NCBI GenBank assembly: GCA_002898395.1
Contig: BEHE01000007.1
Coordinates: 9,048 to 73,047, forward strand
DNA from: Candidatus Calditenuaceae archaeon HR02
GTDB taxonomy: Archaea > Thermoproteota > Nitrososphaeria_A > Caldarchaeales > Calditenuaceae
Length of the DNA: 64,000 bases
Direction of reading: 5' to 3'
Shown: positions 9,907-19,637 of the stretch, in pieces
How the letters are laid out: each line of letters begins with the position of its first letter
How positions within the stretch are numbered: the stretch's first letter is position 1
Program-made: the position numbers and the translations under genes
The notes under the pieces: model-generated
Told to the model about the DNA's origin: nothing
Seen by the model: only the letters and a program-made list of their open reading frames with translations
Database searches by the model: none

Positions 9907-10055
9907 CTCTAAATCTCTATTTTCTCAAAAAGGCCCCCGGTATATAAATTCCAGCCCACACAACATTTGTATGGATGCCGTGTCACACAGCCTTTTCACC
10001 AGTTAATATCGGTGGATAAAGGTTATTTATCAGTAGAAGTACTCGATTCCAGCAG

Positions 10056-11795
10056 ATGACGCAGGTAGTGCTAACATACGATCCATCACTGGGACACATG
10101 TTTCACAATTTTCCGCTCCTCAGCTTTCTACCTTGCGCGCCTGTCAGATACGTTCCACCGCCTATATACAAGTATCTGAGTAAGCCGGATGTCCCGGCAG
10201 ACGAGTATGGACGCGCCCTCCTAGCACCCTACGGGATCAGGAAGATTGAGGCATGTCTAAAGACGAAGTCGAAGCTACGGGCCGAAGTCGTCCATCACAA
10301 CCACCTTGATAGACACATCAGAGAGGATACTAAGATAATAGCCGTTAACACAATGGACCCGTTAGGGATTGGGCCTCTAACGATAATGTTCAACAACTGT
10401 GGACGTGAGAAGTCTTGGGTCGCATACGAGTTTGAGAACCTCATATACACGATAAATGTTCTACGTAGGAATAGGTGTCCCAAGGCCAAGCTCATAGTGG
10501 GTGGTGCGGGTGAATGGGAGTTTGAGATTAGGCCAGAAATGATAGATGCACTTGGGATAGACCACGTAGTTCAGGGAGAAATGGACGACATAATCCACAT
10601 CCTATTCGAGGGTTTGATTGAGAACGACATCGACAACTCTATATTCTTTCACGGTTTCAGAACAACCGTCTTCAACCAGTACGGGCGCGCTACAGTAACC
10701 TATGTGAAGGATCCTCGTGGGCGCTTCATAACGCGACACCCATTCTCCAAGTATAGGCTCCCCAAGATAGATGACATTCCAACCATTGTTGGCGGCACCA
10801 TCAGCGGCCAAGTAGAGATTATGAGAGGGTGCGGGCTTGACTGTGACTTCTGCGAGGTTACGACGCGCCCTCTCCGATATTATCCGCCAGAAAAGGTCCT
10901 AGAGGAGGTTAGGGTGAACCTGAGATATGGTGTTAGAAACGCGTGGTTCATTACAGATAATCAGTGGGCCTACATGTTAAGAGACCCTGACTACTGGCCG
11001 AATAGAGAGGCAATCGAAAAACTCTACAGAACCGTCATGTCGCAGAACGGTGTGACGCATGCAAACCCAATGCACGCGACACTCGCGCCCCCCGCCGCAG
11101 ACCCAGAGCTGCCCATGGTGATTTCTAAGATAGTGGGGGCGGGTCCGGGGAAGCATGTTGGTGTTCAGATAGGCTTGGAGACTGGAAGTGACAAGCTGAT
11201 CCTGCAACACATGTCGAGGAAGGCCCTACCATTCCGTGTTGGCGTGGATGCGACCTGGTCCGAGATAGTGGTTGAGGGGCAGAAGGCCCTAAACGCTGCC
11301 TACTGGCTTCCAGCCTACACTATAATACTGGGGCTCGGAGGTGAGACGGACGACGACATCTGGGACACTATTGGTCTGATCAACCACATGGCCTCCCTAG
11401 GGCTCCTCTTCACTGTCACTCCCATGGCGCTCGTAAGCCTTGGCTCTCTACGCGGAAACCAATCCCTCACCGACGTCTATGCTAGCCTAACTCCCGCGCA
11501 GGCAGCCCTAATCTATGTCTGCTGGAGGAATACGCGGAGGATGGCTGAGCTTCTCGCGTGGAGGCTTGGGAGCGATAATCCGGTACTAAAGCTTGTCACA
11601 GGGGGGATCCTCGCTTTCGGCGCTAACTTCTGGGTAAACTCTATTGAGCGCTACTTCAGAAAGGTTAACCCCGAGGCGGGAAGAGCCATCGAGAAGGCTA
11701 AAAACTACACTACAGTCTACTCGAAGGGCACCGACTTCAACAGGCTTAGAGAGCGGTTTAAGGAGATCAAGAGCAAGCCCACTATACCTAACTAG
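10056..11795 (+). CDS. Radical SAM protein with an N-terminal B12-binding-like domain
   Basis: CxxxCxxC motif in GCGLDCDFCEV. An N-terminal Rossmann-like B12-binding segment sits upstream. 579 aa. Confidence 0.7.
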   Translation: MTQVVLTYDPSLGHMFHNFPLLSFLPCAPVRYVPPPIYKYLSKPDVPADEYGRALLAPYGIRKIEACLKTKSKLRAEVVHHNHLDRHIREDTKIIAVNTMDPLGIGPLTIMFNNCGREKSWVAYEFENLIYTINVLRRNRCPKAKLIVGGAGEWEFEIRPEMIDALGIDHVVQGEMDDIIHILFEGLIENDIDNSIFFHGFRTTVFNQYGRATVTYVKDPRGRFITRHPFSKYRLPKIDDIPTIVGGTISGQVEIMRGCGLDCDFCEVTTRPLRYYPPEKVLEEVRVNLRYGVRNAWFITDNQWAYMLRDPDYWPNREAIEKLYRTVMSQNGVTHANPMHATLAPPAADPELPMVISKIVGAGPGKHVGVQIGLETGSDKLILQHMSRKALPFRVGVDATWSEIVVEGQKALNAAYWLPAYTIILGLGGETDDDIWDTIGLINHMASLGLLFTVTPMALVSLGSLRGNQSLTDVYASLTPAQAALIYVCWRNTRRMAELLAWRLGSDNPVLKLVTGGILAFGANFWVNSIERYFRKVNPEAGRAIEKAKNYTTVYSKGTDFNRLRERFKEIKSKPTIPN

Positions 11796-12217
11796 TCCCT
11801 TACATGCGTAGGTCTATGCTTATGCTCGAATACTGTGGTAATTATGCTCTCCCTCACTTGGCTTGGGAGAATAGCTGACGAAAGCCACATGCCAAACGCC
11901 CTCCTCTCATAAACGTTCGCAGGTCTCTTGAACACAATCAACCTCTTTATCGTCTGGTATACGCGATTGTTGCTGTGAACCCTCGGAATATAGTATAGTC
12001 TGAGTATCCGTCTGCTTCCAATTCGGCCCCGAGGCCTTGCAAACCTCCCCAACCTCATCTCAACAAAACTTAGTAGACCGTCATAAACGAGCCTGTTCAG
12101 CGTGGCCTGGGCGGTCGCCATCTTACACCTTGCCCTACGTGCGATAAGGGGCACAGGTAAAGGCCCATACCTCTTAAGAGTTGTAATAACCCTCGCAGTA
12201 GCCGGCCCCCTAATCAT
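11792..12217 (-). CDS. Small basic hypothetical protein
   Basis: 141-aa Arg-rich ORF whose stop overlaps the radical SAM gene. No family recognised. Confidence 0.3.
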   Translation of the reverse strand: MIRGPATARVITTLKRYGPLPVPLIARRARCKMATAQATLNRLVYDGLLSFVEMRLGRFARPRGRIGSRRILRLYYIPRVHSNNRVYQTIKRLIVFKRPANVYERRAFGMWLSSAILPSQVRESIITTVFEHKHRPTHVRD

Positions 12218-12424
12218 ACGCTTCTAAATATATTTCGATATACTTTGATTTAAATCTACTTAAGCTATATAAAAAAGATAATATGCCGGTACTCCTGCCT
12301 GGACGCCGGTCAGACAGCCCCCCTCCTTATAAGACTGCGCAAAATCTGATATTATTAGCAGGCCGGCATTATTAGGTCTCCTGGGTGAGACGTCACGGGC
12401 CCCCAATCCAGGCAGAGCACGGAA

Positions 12425-13078
12425 ATGCTTGCCACAGGTATACGTAGCCTGGATTCGATGCTCGGGGGGCTGGAGGCTAGGCGGCTCCACCTGATCGTCG
12501 GGGAGGAGAAGAGTGGGAAGACGACCCTCGCGCTACAGGTTGCATCAATAGCCTCTGGAACGGGGTTTGAAGTTCTCTGGCTAGACTGTAGTGGTAGACT
12601 GCACCCAGCCAGGCTTAGGTCCCTAGCAAATCACTGGAGTGCAGACCTGTATAGAATTAAGATTTCCATCCCTGAGACCTTCTCTGAGCAGTTGAGGCTA
12701 ATAATTTGGGCTTGCGACTACATCCAAGAACCGGGCATAATAGTTGTGGACGACTTCACATACCTACACAGGGTGGAGGCTTCAGGAGTCTCTCCTCGTG
12801 ATAAGTGGATTTATAAGATGCTCGCGTTCCAGTCCGCCCTCCTCAAAGAGGTGACGCGGTCCCGCAACGTGACCTCAATCATTGTCTCAGAAATTCATGA
12901 GAGGCCTGGCCTAGGCCAGCCTCAGCCAATAGCTAGCGCGATCATCTCTTATTATGCGGATACTGAGTTGTGGATACGGCCTATTACAGCCGGTAGACGG
13001 TTGTTATGGGTGAACATAAATGACAAATCGTTATCACTCCGTGTTAGATTATTCGAAGGCGGAATTGCAGAAGACTAG
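12425..13078 (+). CDS. radB: RadB (short RecA/RadA paralog)
   Basis: LATGIRSLDSMLGGL...GEEKSGKTTLALQ (Walker A) and VVDDFTYL (Walker B). 217 aa, which matches RadB length. Confidence 0.7.
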   Translation: MLATGIRSLDSMLGGLEARRLHLIVGEEKSGKTTLALQVASIASGTGFEVLWLDCSGRLHPARLRSLANHWSADLYRIKISIPETFSEQLRLIIWACDYIQEPGIIVVDDFTYLHRVEASGVSPRDKWIYKMLAFQSALLKEVTRSRNVTSIIVSEIHERPGLGQPQPIASAIISYYADTELWIRPITAGRRLLWVNINDKSLSLRVRLFEGGIAED

Positions 13079-13453
13079 CTATATTTTTGCCGTATATCCC
13101 GCGAAAAGTCCAAGTGCAGATAGGAGAATGAGAAGCGATGCTCCAAGTGTAGCGTAGCCAACTGCCCTATCAGTTAGACGCCCCGTCGAGGCAAAGTAAA
13201 ACAGGGTTAGACCGATTAAGCCCAAAGCGTAGTACAGTGAGACGACTATAAACTCGGCCACTGTCTGGATAGTTTGCGTTGGTGCAAAGATTTGGCGGCC
13301 ATAGAAAGTGGCTACATGGCTCACTGTTACGAAGACCACGCCACTCATGACGAGTATTACTGTGAACATCAAAATTGCAGCCAGCAAGCCGCGCCCCTTA
13401 ACTACCCAGTCGAGCGAGAGCACGGTGCCTAGAGTTCTCTTAACCCTCTCCAA
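13079..13453 (-). CDS. Small membrane protein (3-4 transmembrane helices), hypothetical
   Basis: Hydrophobic 124-aa ORF abutting the radB stop. Confidence 0.35.
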   Translation of the reverse strand: MERVKRTLGTVLSLDWVVKGRGLLAAILMFTVILVMSGVVFVTVSHVATFYGRQIFAPTQTIQTVAEFIVVSLYYALGLIGLTLFYFASTGRLTDRAVGYATLGASLLILLSALGLFAGYTAKI

Positions 13454-13774
13454 CCCCTATGAAGTGCAAGCACCTCAAATATAACATTACCGCTATCGGA
13501 ACCGCTATCGGAGTGGAGCCGCGCTAATAGTCTTGCAACCTTATAATAAGTTTGTTTTTGAGAAAACATTCCATAACTCTAAAACACATCCCAAGACCCT
13601 GTAAGATATGGGGCCGAAACTAGTTCTGCAGACTTGAGGGCCCTCTTCTACCCCGAGCACGGTCCGGGTGGACTGTAATCGTCGATAAAATTGTTAGCAG
13701 CGGTTAGGGTATTTGATCCTACGCAGGATGTGTGATTATCACTTTATATGCTGCTGCTCTAATGGTCTGAGGAG

Positions 13775-15919
13775 ATGGCCGGCTCGGTGAGGGCTTTCCT
13801 CGGTAGGGCGTCGGATGTTTTCTTAAGCTTGGACAGGAAGGTTGGTGGTAAGGAGTTTTACGCCCCTCTCGCCGTGCTATTGATAGCTGTGGCAGTGACT
13901 TTCATGTCGAGGTCGCTACCCGCTAGGTGGGGATTCATTTTGAGCGAGTTCGACCCCTGGTGGCACTTCAAGACCGCTTCCATGATCGTTGAGAGGGGGT
14001 GGGCAGGGTTCTTCGAGTTCTCCGGACTCGTAGATAATAAGAGCTGGTATCCGACCGGCCTCCAGGTTGGCAAGACCTTCTATCCCGGAGTCTCATTCAC
14101 CCTCGCATTCATCTATCTCGCCCTCTCCTCCATCGGAGTCAATGTAGACTTAATCGAACTCGCGTCAACCCTACCGGTATTATATGGCATCTTAGCGGTA
14201 GTAGTCACATTCTTGCTAGCTAGGTACGTTTTGGGGACAGGCCCAGCAATATCCTCGGCCCTGCTAATGTCCATAAGTTATGCACACATCTCTAGGACGC
14301 ACCTTGGGTGGCTTGATGACGAGGCGCTAGCTATCCCGCTCATGCATGCAGCCTTCCTGACATATCTCGCATCGATAAACGAGAAGAGGTCTATTAAGGG
14401 CTCCCTAGTCATGGGGCTGCTTACAGGGCTTCTCCTCGGCTACACCGGCGCTACATGGGGTGCACACAGGCTTCCAGTCATGATGGTCTTCCTGTTTACT
14501 GCGCTCCTAGTATTCATGGGCAGGTATAGGAGGCAGCTTCTAGCGAGCTTCATACCACTACTCGCCTCAACGTCAATAATACTGTTGAGTGTCCCGAAGC
14601 TAGGCTTCTCGTACCTGTTTGAGATCACTCTCCTTTCAGGATATTTGTCACTGGCGTATGTTGTGTTGGCTGAAGTGCTCTACCGATATATAGGGTCTCA
14701 GAGAGCGGTAATAGCACTAAGGGGGATTGCCATAGGGCTCATGTTGCTCGTAGCCGGCTTGGTTGTAGCCGAGGTTGCCAATCTTCCGGGGCTAAAATTC
14801 CTCTCAGTGGTTTTCCCCCAGCTAAGAGGCGAGCTGGTGATAATCGCCTCGGTAGCCGAGAACCAGGCCGCGACTTGGTCAACACTTTTCACAGACTTTG
14901 GACCAACGCTGATGTTGGTGCCTTTTGGAATCTACCTCCTCATCAAAAGGGCTGGAGACGGGGACATATTCTTCACACTCTACGCAGTCCTCTCACTGTA
15001 CTTTGCCTCCTCGCTTGTCCGGCTGGCCCTACCCACCTCCCCCATCGTCGCCATCTTGGCTGGCTTTGTCTTAACAGAGATGCTTGCGCTCGCGTCTAGA
15101 AATCTTATCCAACCCCGTGGACCTAGGGTGAGAAAGACTGGTGAGAGGAGGTTTTTGATTACTGTCCCACTGATTATTATGGCTCTGATATCAATCTACT
15201 ATCTCCCACAGGCGATGGGAAATACTTGGGCATTCTCGTCCCTCGACGCTGCCTATACTCCCAGCACGATAACCTCCGCATCACTTCCAACAGGCAGGAA
15301 CTTAGTATTGAATGACTGGGTGCGCGCGGTTGAGTGGATGAGGAACAACCTTCCAGACAACGCCGTTGTAGCAGCATGGTGGGACTATGGCAACTGGATA
15401 TCAATAGTGGCTAACAGGACCTCGCTAGTAGATAACACGACAATAGACAGTCTAAGAATAGCAAAAGTAGGGTATGCATTCCTATCACCAACCAACGTTA
15501 GTCTAAGGATCTTCAAAGAGATGGGCGCGACACACGTTCTCATCTTCGTCACACATAGACCACAGACGGGGGCTGGAGACTATCCCAGGCTCCTCTACTA
15601 TGGCGACGAGTCTAAATGGTTCTGGATGCTCCGCATAGCCAATCAGCATGCACGCCAGCTCGGGCTGGCTCCAATAGACGAGGTGGCGGTCCTCGGTCCC
15701 AATAGGGACCCGACGAACCCTACAGAAAAGTTCTGGACCGATACTACGCTCGGTAGACTGATACCGTTCAAGCCTAGGCAGACCACAGACGCATTCGGCA
15801 ACACTGTAACTGCATACTATTATGAGGAGCCTAGGGTCGAGGGTTATAGGCTAGTGTTCGCATCCTCGGCACCTTACTCTAGCTTGGCGTACGTATACAT
15901 CTATGAGATTACTGGTTAG
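13775..15919 (+). CDS. aglB: Archaeal oligosaccharyltransferase AglB (STT3 family)
   Basis: Multi-transmembrane N-terminal domain and the WWDYG motif (VVAAWWDYGNWIS) in the C-terminal domain. 714 aa. Confidence 0.85.
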   Translation: MAGSVRAFLGRASDVFLSLDRKVGGKEFYAPLAVLLIAVAVTFMSRSLPARWGFILSEFDPWWHFKTASMIVERGWAGFFEFSGLVDNKSWYPTGLQVGKTFYPGVSFTLAFIYLALSSIGVNVDLIELASTLPVLYGILAVVVTFLLARYVLGTGPAISSALLMSISYAHISRTHLGWLDDEALAIPLMHAAFLTYLASINEKRSIKGSLVMGLLTGLLLGYTGATWGAHRLPVMMVFLFTALLVFMGRYRRQLLASFIPLLASTSIILLSVPKLGFSYLFEITLLSGYLSLAYVVLAEVLYRYIGSQRAVIALRGIAIGLMLLVAGLVVAEVANLPGLKFLSVVFPQLRGELVIIASVAENQAATWSTLFTDFGPTLMLVPFGIYLLIKRAGDGDIFFTLYAVLSLYFASSLVRLALPTSPIVAILAGFVLTEMLALASRNLIQPRGPRVRKTGERRFLITVPLIIMALISIYYLPQAMGNTWAFSSLDAAYTPSTITSASLPTGRNLVLNDWVRAVEWMRNNLPDNAVVAAWWDYGNWISIVANRTSLVDNTTIDSLRIAKVGYAFLSPTNVSLRIFKEMGATHVLIFVTHRPQTGAGDYPRLLYYGDESKWFWMLRIANQHARQLGLAPIDEVAVLGPNRDPTNPTEKFWTDTTLGRLIPFKPRQTTDAFGNTVTAYYYEEPRVEGYRLVFASSAPYSSLAYVYIYEITG

Positions 15920-16674
15920 CCGATATAGGAGGGTGCGCTCCCCCTCCGCTCCATCTCTTCAAAGAACCTACTAGCCTCTCTCAGAAGTTGCTGCTGCTTC
16001 TCTATCTCCGCGTCTAGCTTGGACGTGTCAACGGGTATCCCGAGGTATCCTGACAGTATTGCCAAAACCTTCTTCGCCGAGGCTAGGTCTGGCGCGAGGC
16101 CCATAGTGTCTGATATTAAGAGATCCATGGGTATGCGGTTCAGGTGGAACCGTAGCATCAGCGAGGATGTGAGTCTATCGACAGGCAGTGTTTCGATGTT
16201 CGTTGCAGCTTTTGCTCCTAGGCGGACCAGCCGTCTTACCCTCTCCATATCCGTGGATGATGCGTAGACCTCGCCTGAGGCATTGACCCTACCGCTTGTA
16301 AGGACTACAAGGGCGCTGATCTTTGACGAGGGGAGATAGTTGAGCAAGATCTCCGATACCTCTTCACCCACCTCGGTTGTCTCTATGATGAAGTTCCTCG
16401 TCACGATAAGTAGTGCTTGCCTCTGGTTTGTGCGAGGCCTCGCGAGGTAGACCTCAATCTTAGGTGGCGCGGCAACGCCTTCATTGTTTATCAAAGTGAC
16501 TTGGGGGAAATGTGGTGAGAGGATCTCCGCGGCCTTAATCGCCTCTAAGCTCTCCTGTAGGATGCTAGAAACGATGAGTGCGACAACCCCAGGCCCACCA
16601 CCTGCATCTACGATGGTGTACTCTACGTCGTCTATCGGTACTTGAGTAAGCTTATTAAGCCTCGTCTCCCTCAA
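15916..16674 (-). CDS. Conserved hypothetical protein (possibly PAC2/proteasome-assembly-chaperone-like fold)
   Basis: 252-aa soluble ORF. The fold assignment is only an impression. Confidence 0.3.
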   Translation of the reverse strand: MRETRLNKLTQVPIDDVEYTIVDAGGGPGVVALIVSSILQESLEAIKAAEILSPHFPQVTLINNEGVAAPPKIEVYLARPRTNQRQALLIVTRNFIIETTEVGEEVSEILLNYLPSSKISALVVLTSGRVNASGEVYASSTDMERVRRLVRLGAKAATNIETLPVDRLTSSLMLRFHLNRIPMDLLISDTMGLAPDLASAKKVLAILSGYLGIPVDTSKLDAEIEKQQQLLREASRFFEEMERRGSAPSYIG

Positions 16675-16759
16675 GCCCTGCCTTTAATCCTGATATACGG
16701 TCTATTAAATACATCAACGAGTCCCATGTTTTGTATAGGCTGGTCTTTTTATATCATAT

Positions 16760-17662
16760 TTGTGTAGGTATATGCAGTTTAAATATATCGATAATAGGGA
16801 CCTAATACGATGGTACATGAGCGAAGAGCAGGAGTTACCGGTTCTGGTTTCCACCGAGTGGGTTGCGAAAAACCTCAACAGACCCGATGTCCGTGTAGTT
16901 GAGGTCGACTATGACCCGCAGACAGCCTATTTTCAAGGACATGTGCGGGGGGCCGTCCTTTGGGACTGGAAAAAGGACATCAACGATCCTATAGAGAGGA
17001 ACATCATCAGTAAGGAGGGGTTCGAGTCCCTCTGCTCGCGTAGCGGAATCTCAAATGACACCCACATAGTCCTTTACGGCGATTTCAACAACTGGTTTGC
17101 CGCCTTCGCATTCTGGGTTGCTAGACTTTACGGCCACCAGAAGTTGAGTATAATGGATGGTGGTAGGAAAAAGTGGATAGCTGAGGAGAGGGAGCTTGTG
17201 AAGGAGGCCCCTAGCCCAGCCCCGACCAGTTATAAGGTCACTAAGGTTCGATATGAGTATAGGATTCTTCTACCTGATGTCCGCGCAAGGCTCGGGAGCC
17301 CCACGGTAGCTTTAGTCGATGTGAGGTCGCCGGATGAGTATACTGGAAAAATCTTAGCTCCTCCCGAGTATCCTACAGAGCACGCGCAGAGGGGAGGCCA
17401 CATTCCTGGCGCAGTAAACATACCGTGGGCACGGGCACTTAACGAGGACGGCACCTTCAAACCCATCGAGGAGTTGAGAAGGCTCTACCAAGGCATGGGA
17501 GTGACGCCTGATAAAGAGGTGATAACCTACTGCAGGATTGGTGAGAGATCGTCCGTGACGTGGTTTGTTCTCAAGGAGTTGCTCAAGTATCCTAAAGTCA
17601 GGAACTATGATGGAAGCTGGAGCGAGTGGGGCAACGTAGTCGGCACACCAATAGAGAAATAA
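16760..17662 (+). CDS. Two-domain rhodanese (thiosulfate/3-mercaptopyruvate sulfurtransferase)
   Basis: Tandem rhodanese domains with the active-site loop YCRIGERSS. The true start is probably the internal MSEEQ near 16817. Confidence 0.8.
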   Translation: MCRYMQFKYIDNRDLIRWYMSEEQELPVLVSTEWVAKNLNRPDVRVVEVDYDPQTAYFQGHVRGAVLWDWKKDINDPIERNIISKEGFESLCSRSGISNDTHIVLYGDFNNWFAAFAFWVARLYGHQKLSIMDGGRKKWIAEERELVKEAPSPAPTSYKVTKVRYEYRILLPDVRARLGSPTVALVDVRSPDEYTGKILAPPEYPTEHAQRGGHIPGAVNIPWARALNEDGTFKPIEELRRLYQGMGVTPDKEVITYCRIGERSSVTWFVLKELLKYPKVRNYDGSWSEWGNVVGTPIEK

Positions 17663-17687
17663 GCCGAGAGGGTAGTTATCCTAGGCT

Positions 17688-18365
17688 GTGGTGGAAGAAA
17701 TCCAAGCCTGCGGCTTCTCGAGCAACCACCTATACTTTCTCGAAGAGATGCTGTGGCTGAGCCCGATTCGGGACAGAGTTTTTAGAGTCGGAATACTACC
17801 AATTACTCAGACTCTTTGGGGTAAGGTAACCTCAGTAAGTGTTAAGCAGCCTGGTGACGAGGTTGCGGCGAACAGGGCTATCTGCCTTATAGAATCCCGT
17901 AGATTCTTAGGCAATGTCAGGGCTCCTTTCGACCTGAGGATAGAGCGCCTCAACATGGAGGCTGTTGAGCGGCCTTGGATTTTGCAGAGGGGCTTCGGCG
18001 AGGCTGCCTGGCTCTGCGAAGTGGCCGCCTTAGAGGATAATTGCTTGACCAGGCTGAAGAGTTGGAGCGAGATAAGGGGGGAGGTAGAGAGGATGATCAG
18101 CGAGAAGGGGATAATCTGTTTCAGAGAAGTGCCAGACTATGTACACGCCGCGATCGGGATTGACTGTAGCCAGCTACTTATGGTGCTCTCAGACAAACTT
18201 GAAGGTCTTCCTGAGGGAAGCATCATCCACATAGTTGCCGACTATAATGAGGGGGCTGAGAAGGATTTGGAGAAGTGGAGCAGAATTACGGGGAACGAGG
18301 TGCTGGACTTTAGGGTAGAGAAGAGGCTTGCCCACGCGCTGATTCGCCGTAGGACCCAATTTTAG
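17688..18365 (+). CDS. Fusion of a GcvH-like domain (lipoyl-Lys position replaced by Arg) and a TusA-like domain (CPxP replaced by DCSQ)
   Basis: The N-terminal half aligns to the H-protein (VGILPITQTLWGKV...ICLIESRRF...APFDLRIERLN). The C-terminal half aligns to TusA (GIDCSQLLMVL...GSIIHIVADYNEGAEKDLEKWSRITGNEVL). Confidence 0.5.
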   Translation: MVEEIQACGFSSNHLYFLEEMLWLSPIRDRVFRVGILPITQTLWGKVTSVSVKQPGDEVAANRAICLIESRRFLGNVRAPFDLRIERLNMEAVERPWILQRGFGEAAWLCEVAALEDNCLTRLKSWSEIRGEVERMISEKGIICFREVPDYVHAAIGIDCSQLLMVLSDKLEGLPEGSIIHIVADYNEGAEKDLEKWSRITGNEVLDFRVEKRLAHALIRRRTQF

Positions 18366-18410
18366 CTCAAGAATTAAACTTTTATTCCACGAGTCTCTTC
18401 TCCGTGGTGA

Positions 18411-19568
18411 ATGGTGCTACTGAAGAGTAGCCTTGGATATATGAACAGTGTTATGCAAAACCTCGCGGAGATAGATCTAAACCAGGCCGCGGAGCTGTAC
18501 CGGGACCTTAAGTCAGCCGGAGTTATTGTCCCACATGGAGAGGGAAGAAGTAAAGGGGCTGTAAGCATAATCTGCAGCGAGCTAGCGAAGATGGATCGTG
18601 GAAAGGTTGTAGTCGACAGAAGCGATGTGGGTTTTCCTGATAGGAGTTTTGACCAAGCCGCGCCCAAGCTTAAGCAGAGATTCGGCAGAGTCAGCCTCCT
18701 GATACTTTCGGGTAGCGGAAGGTCGCTTATGCCCCTCGTCGATGCCCAGAAGCTAGCTCTTGCGATCTCAAGGTCTGAGAAGATGGGCGACTATACAATT
18801 GATGTTGTTACTAGTGATCCTGACTCTCCTCTGGGAAAGCTTGGACAGAAGTATGGGTCATGCACCCGTGTTAAGGGGCGTACGGTCTCTGAGGAGAATT
18901 CCTCGACCTCTGAATTTAAGCAGTATGGTATTCTCGAGGATGTCTTTATTCTTGGAGCCTCTGTTCTCCTCCAAGCTGTTGCCGAGTGTATCTACGAGGA
19001 CAGCGACCCTCTCAACATCTCAGAGAAGATAAACCAGTTAATGGTCGAGACCAACGAGGTTGTAGAGAATGTGATAAGGTCTGACTTTATACATTGGATT
19101 GTGGAGCTGCTTGAGAGGAGGAATACATGCTTCTTGGCGGGGCTCGGAAGTAGTCAGGAAGTGGCTAGGATGACTGGCGTGAGGCTTGGGCATGTGAAGA
19201 GGGCGATTGGCGACCATGTATATGTTGCAGGAGACACTAATGTCCCGCCCCCGAGGGCCGGGGATGTCCTTATCGCGATTTCGCACAGCGGTGAGACCGA
19301 GGTTGTCGCCTCTTGGTGTAGGACGTTTAAGAAGATGGGCGGGTATGTTGTCTCGGTAGTTGGTGCTAAGGATTCTACAATAGGCTCTCTATCAGACCAG
19401 ACACTCTACATACCTTCTAGATACTCGCCTGGCAGGCCTAACGACTTCTATCTCAAAGCGGCCTTCGCCACGAGCCCTCTCCCACTATACCTAGTCGACA
19501 GGCTACAGGAGAGGGGTCTTAAGCTTCCAGAATACATACTGCGCTGGTACCACTCGATAATGGCGTAA
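18411..19568 (+). CDS. Double SIS-domain sugar-phosphate isomerase/binding protein
   Basis: The second SIS motif is VLIAISHSGETEV; the first domain has LLILSGSGRS. 385 aa. Confidence 0.6.
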   Translation: MVLLKSSLGYMNSVMQNLAEIDLNQAAELYRDLKSAGVIVPHGEGRSKGAVSIICSELAKMDRGKVVVDRSDVGFPDRSFDQAAPKLKQRFGRVSLLILSGSGRSLMPLVDAQKLALAISRSEKMGDYTIDVVTSDPDSPLGKLGQKYGSCTRVKGRTVSEENSSTSEFKQYGILEDVFILGASVLLQAVAECIYEDSDPLNISEKINQLMVETNEVVENVIRSDFIHWIVELLERRNTCFLAGLGSSQEVARMTGVRLGHVKRAIGDHVYVAGDTNVPPPRAGDVLIAISHSGETEVVASWCRTFKKMGGYVVSVVGAKDSTIGSLSDQTLYIPSRYSPGRPNDFYLKAAFATSPLPLYLVDRLQERGLKLPEYILRWYHSIMA

Positions 19569-19637
19569 CGCGTTAGTCTCGCATAGTAGGGCTGTTGGTT
19601 TTCTGTGTAGCGGGAGGCCTAATAGAGTCGGAGGCTG

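Noticed and set aside
12260-12490. 76-aa minus-strand ORF overlapping the radB start
   Set aside because: No motif, and it overlaps a well-supported gene, so it is probably spurious. The upstream region does contain a short hairpin (CCGG...CCGG), which is not enough to call a feature.
13483-13506. 12-bp tandem direct repeat (ACCGCTATCGGA x2) upstream of aglB
   Set aside because: Too short and isolated to interpret. Noted only as a minor sequence oddity.
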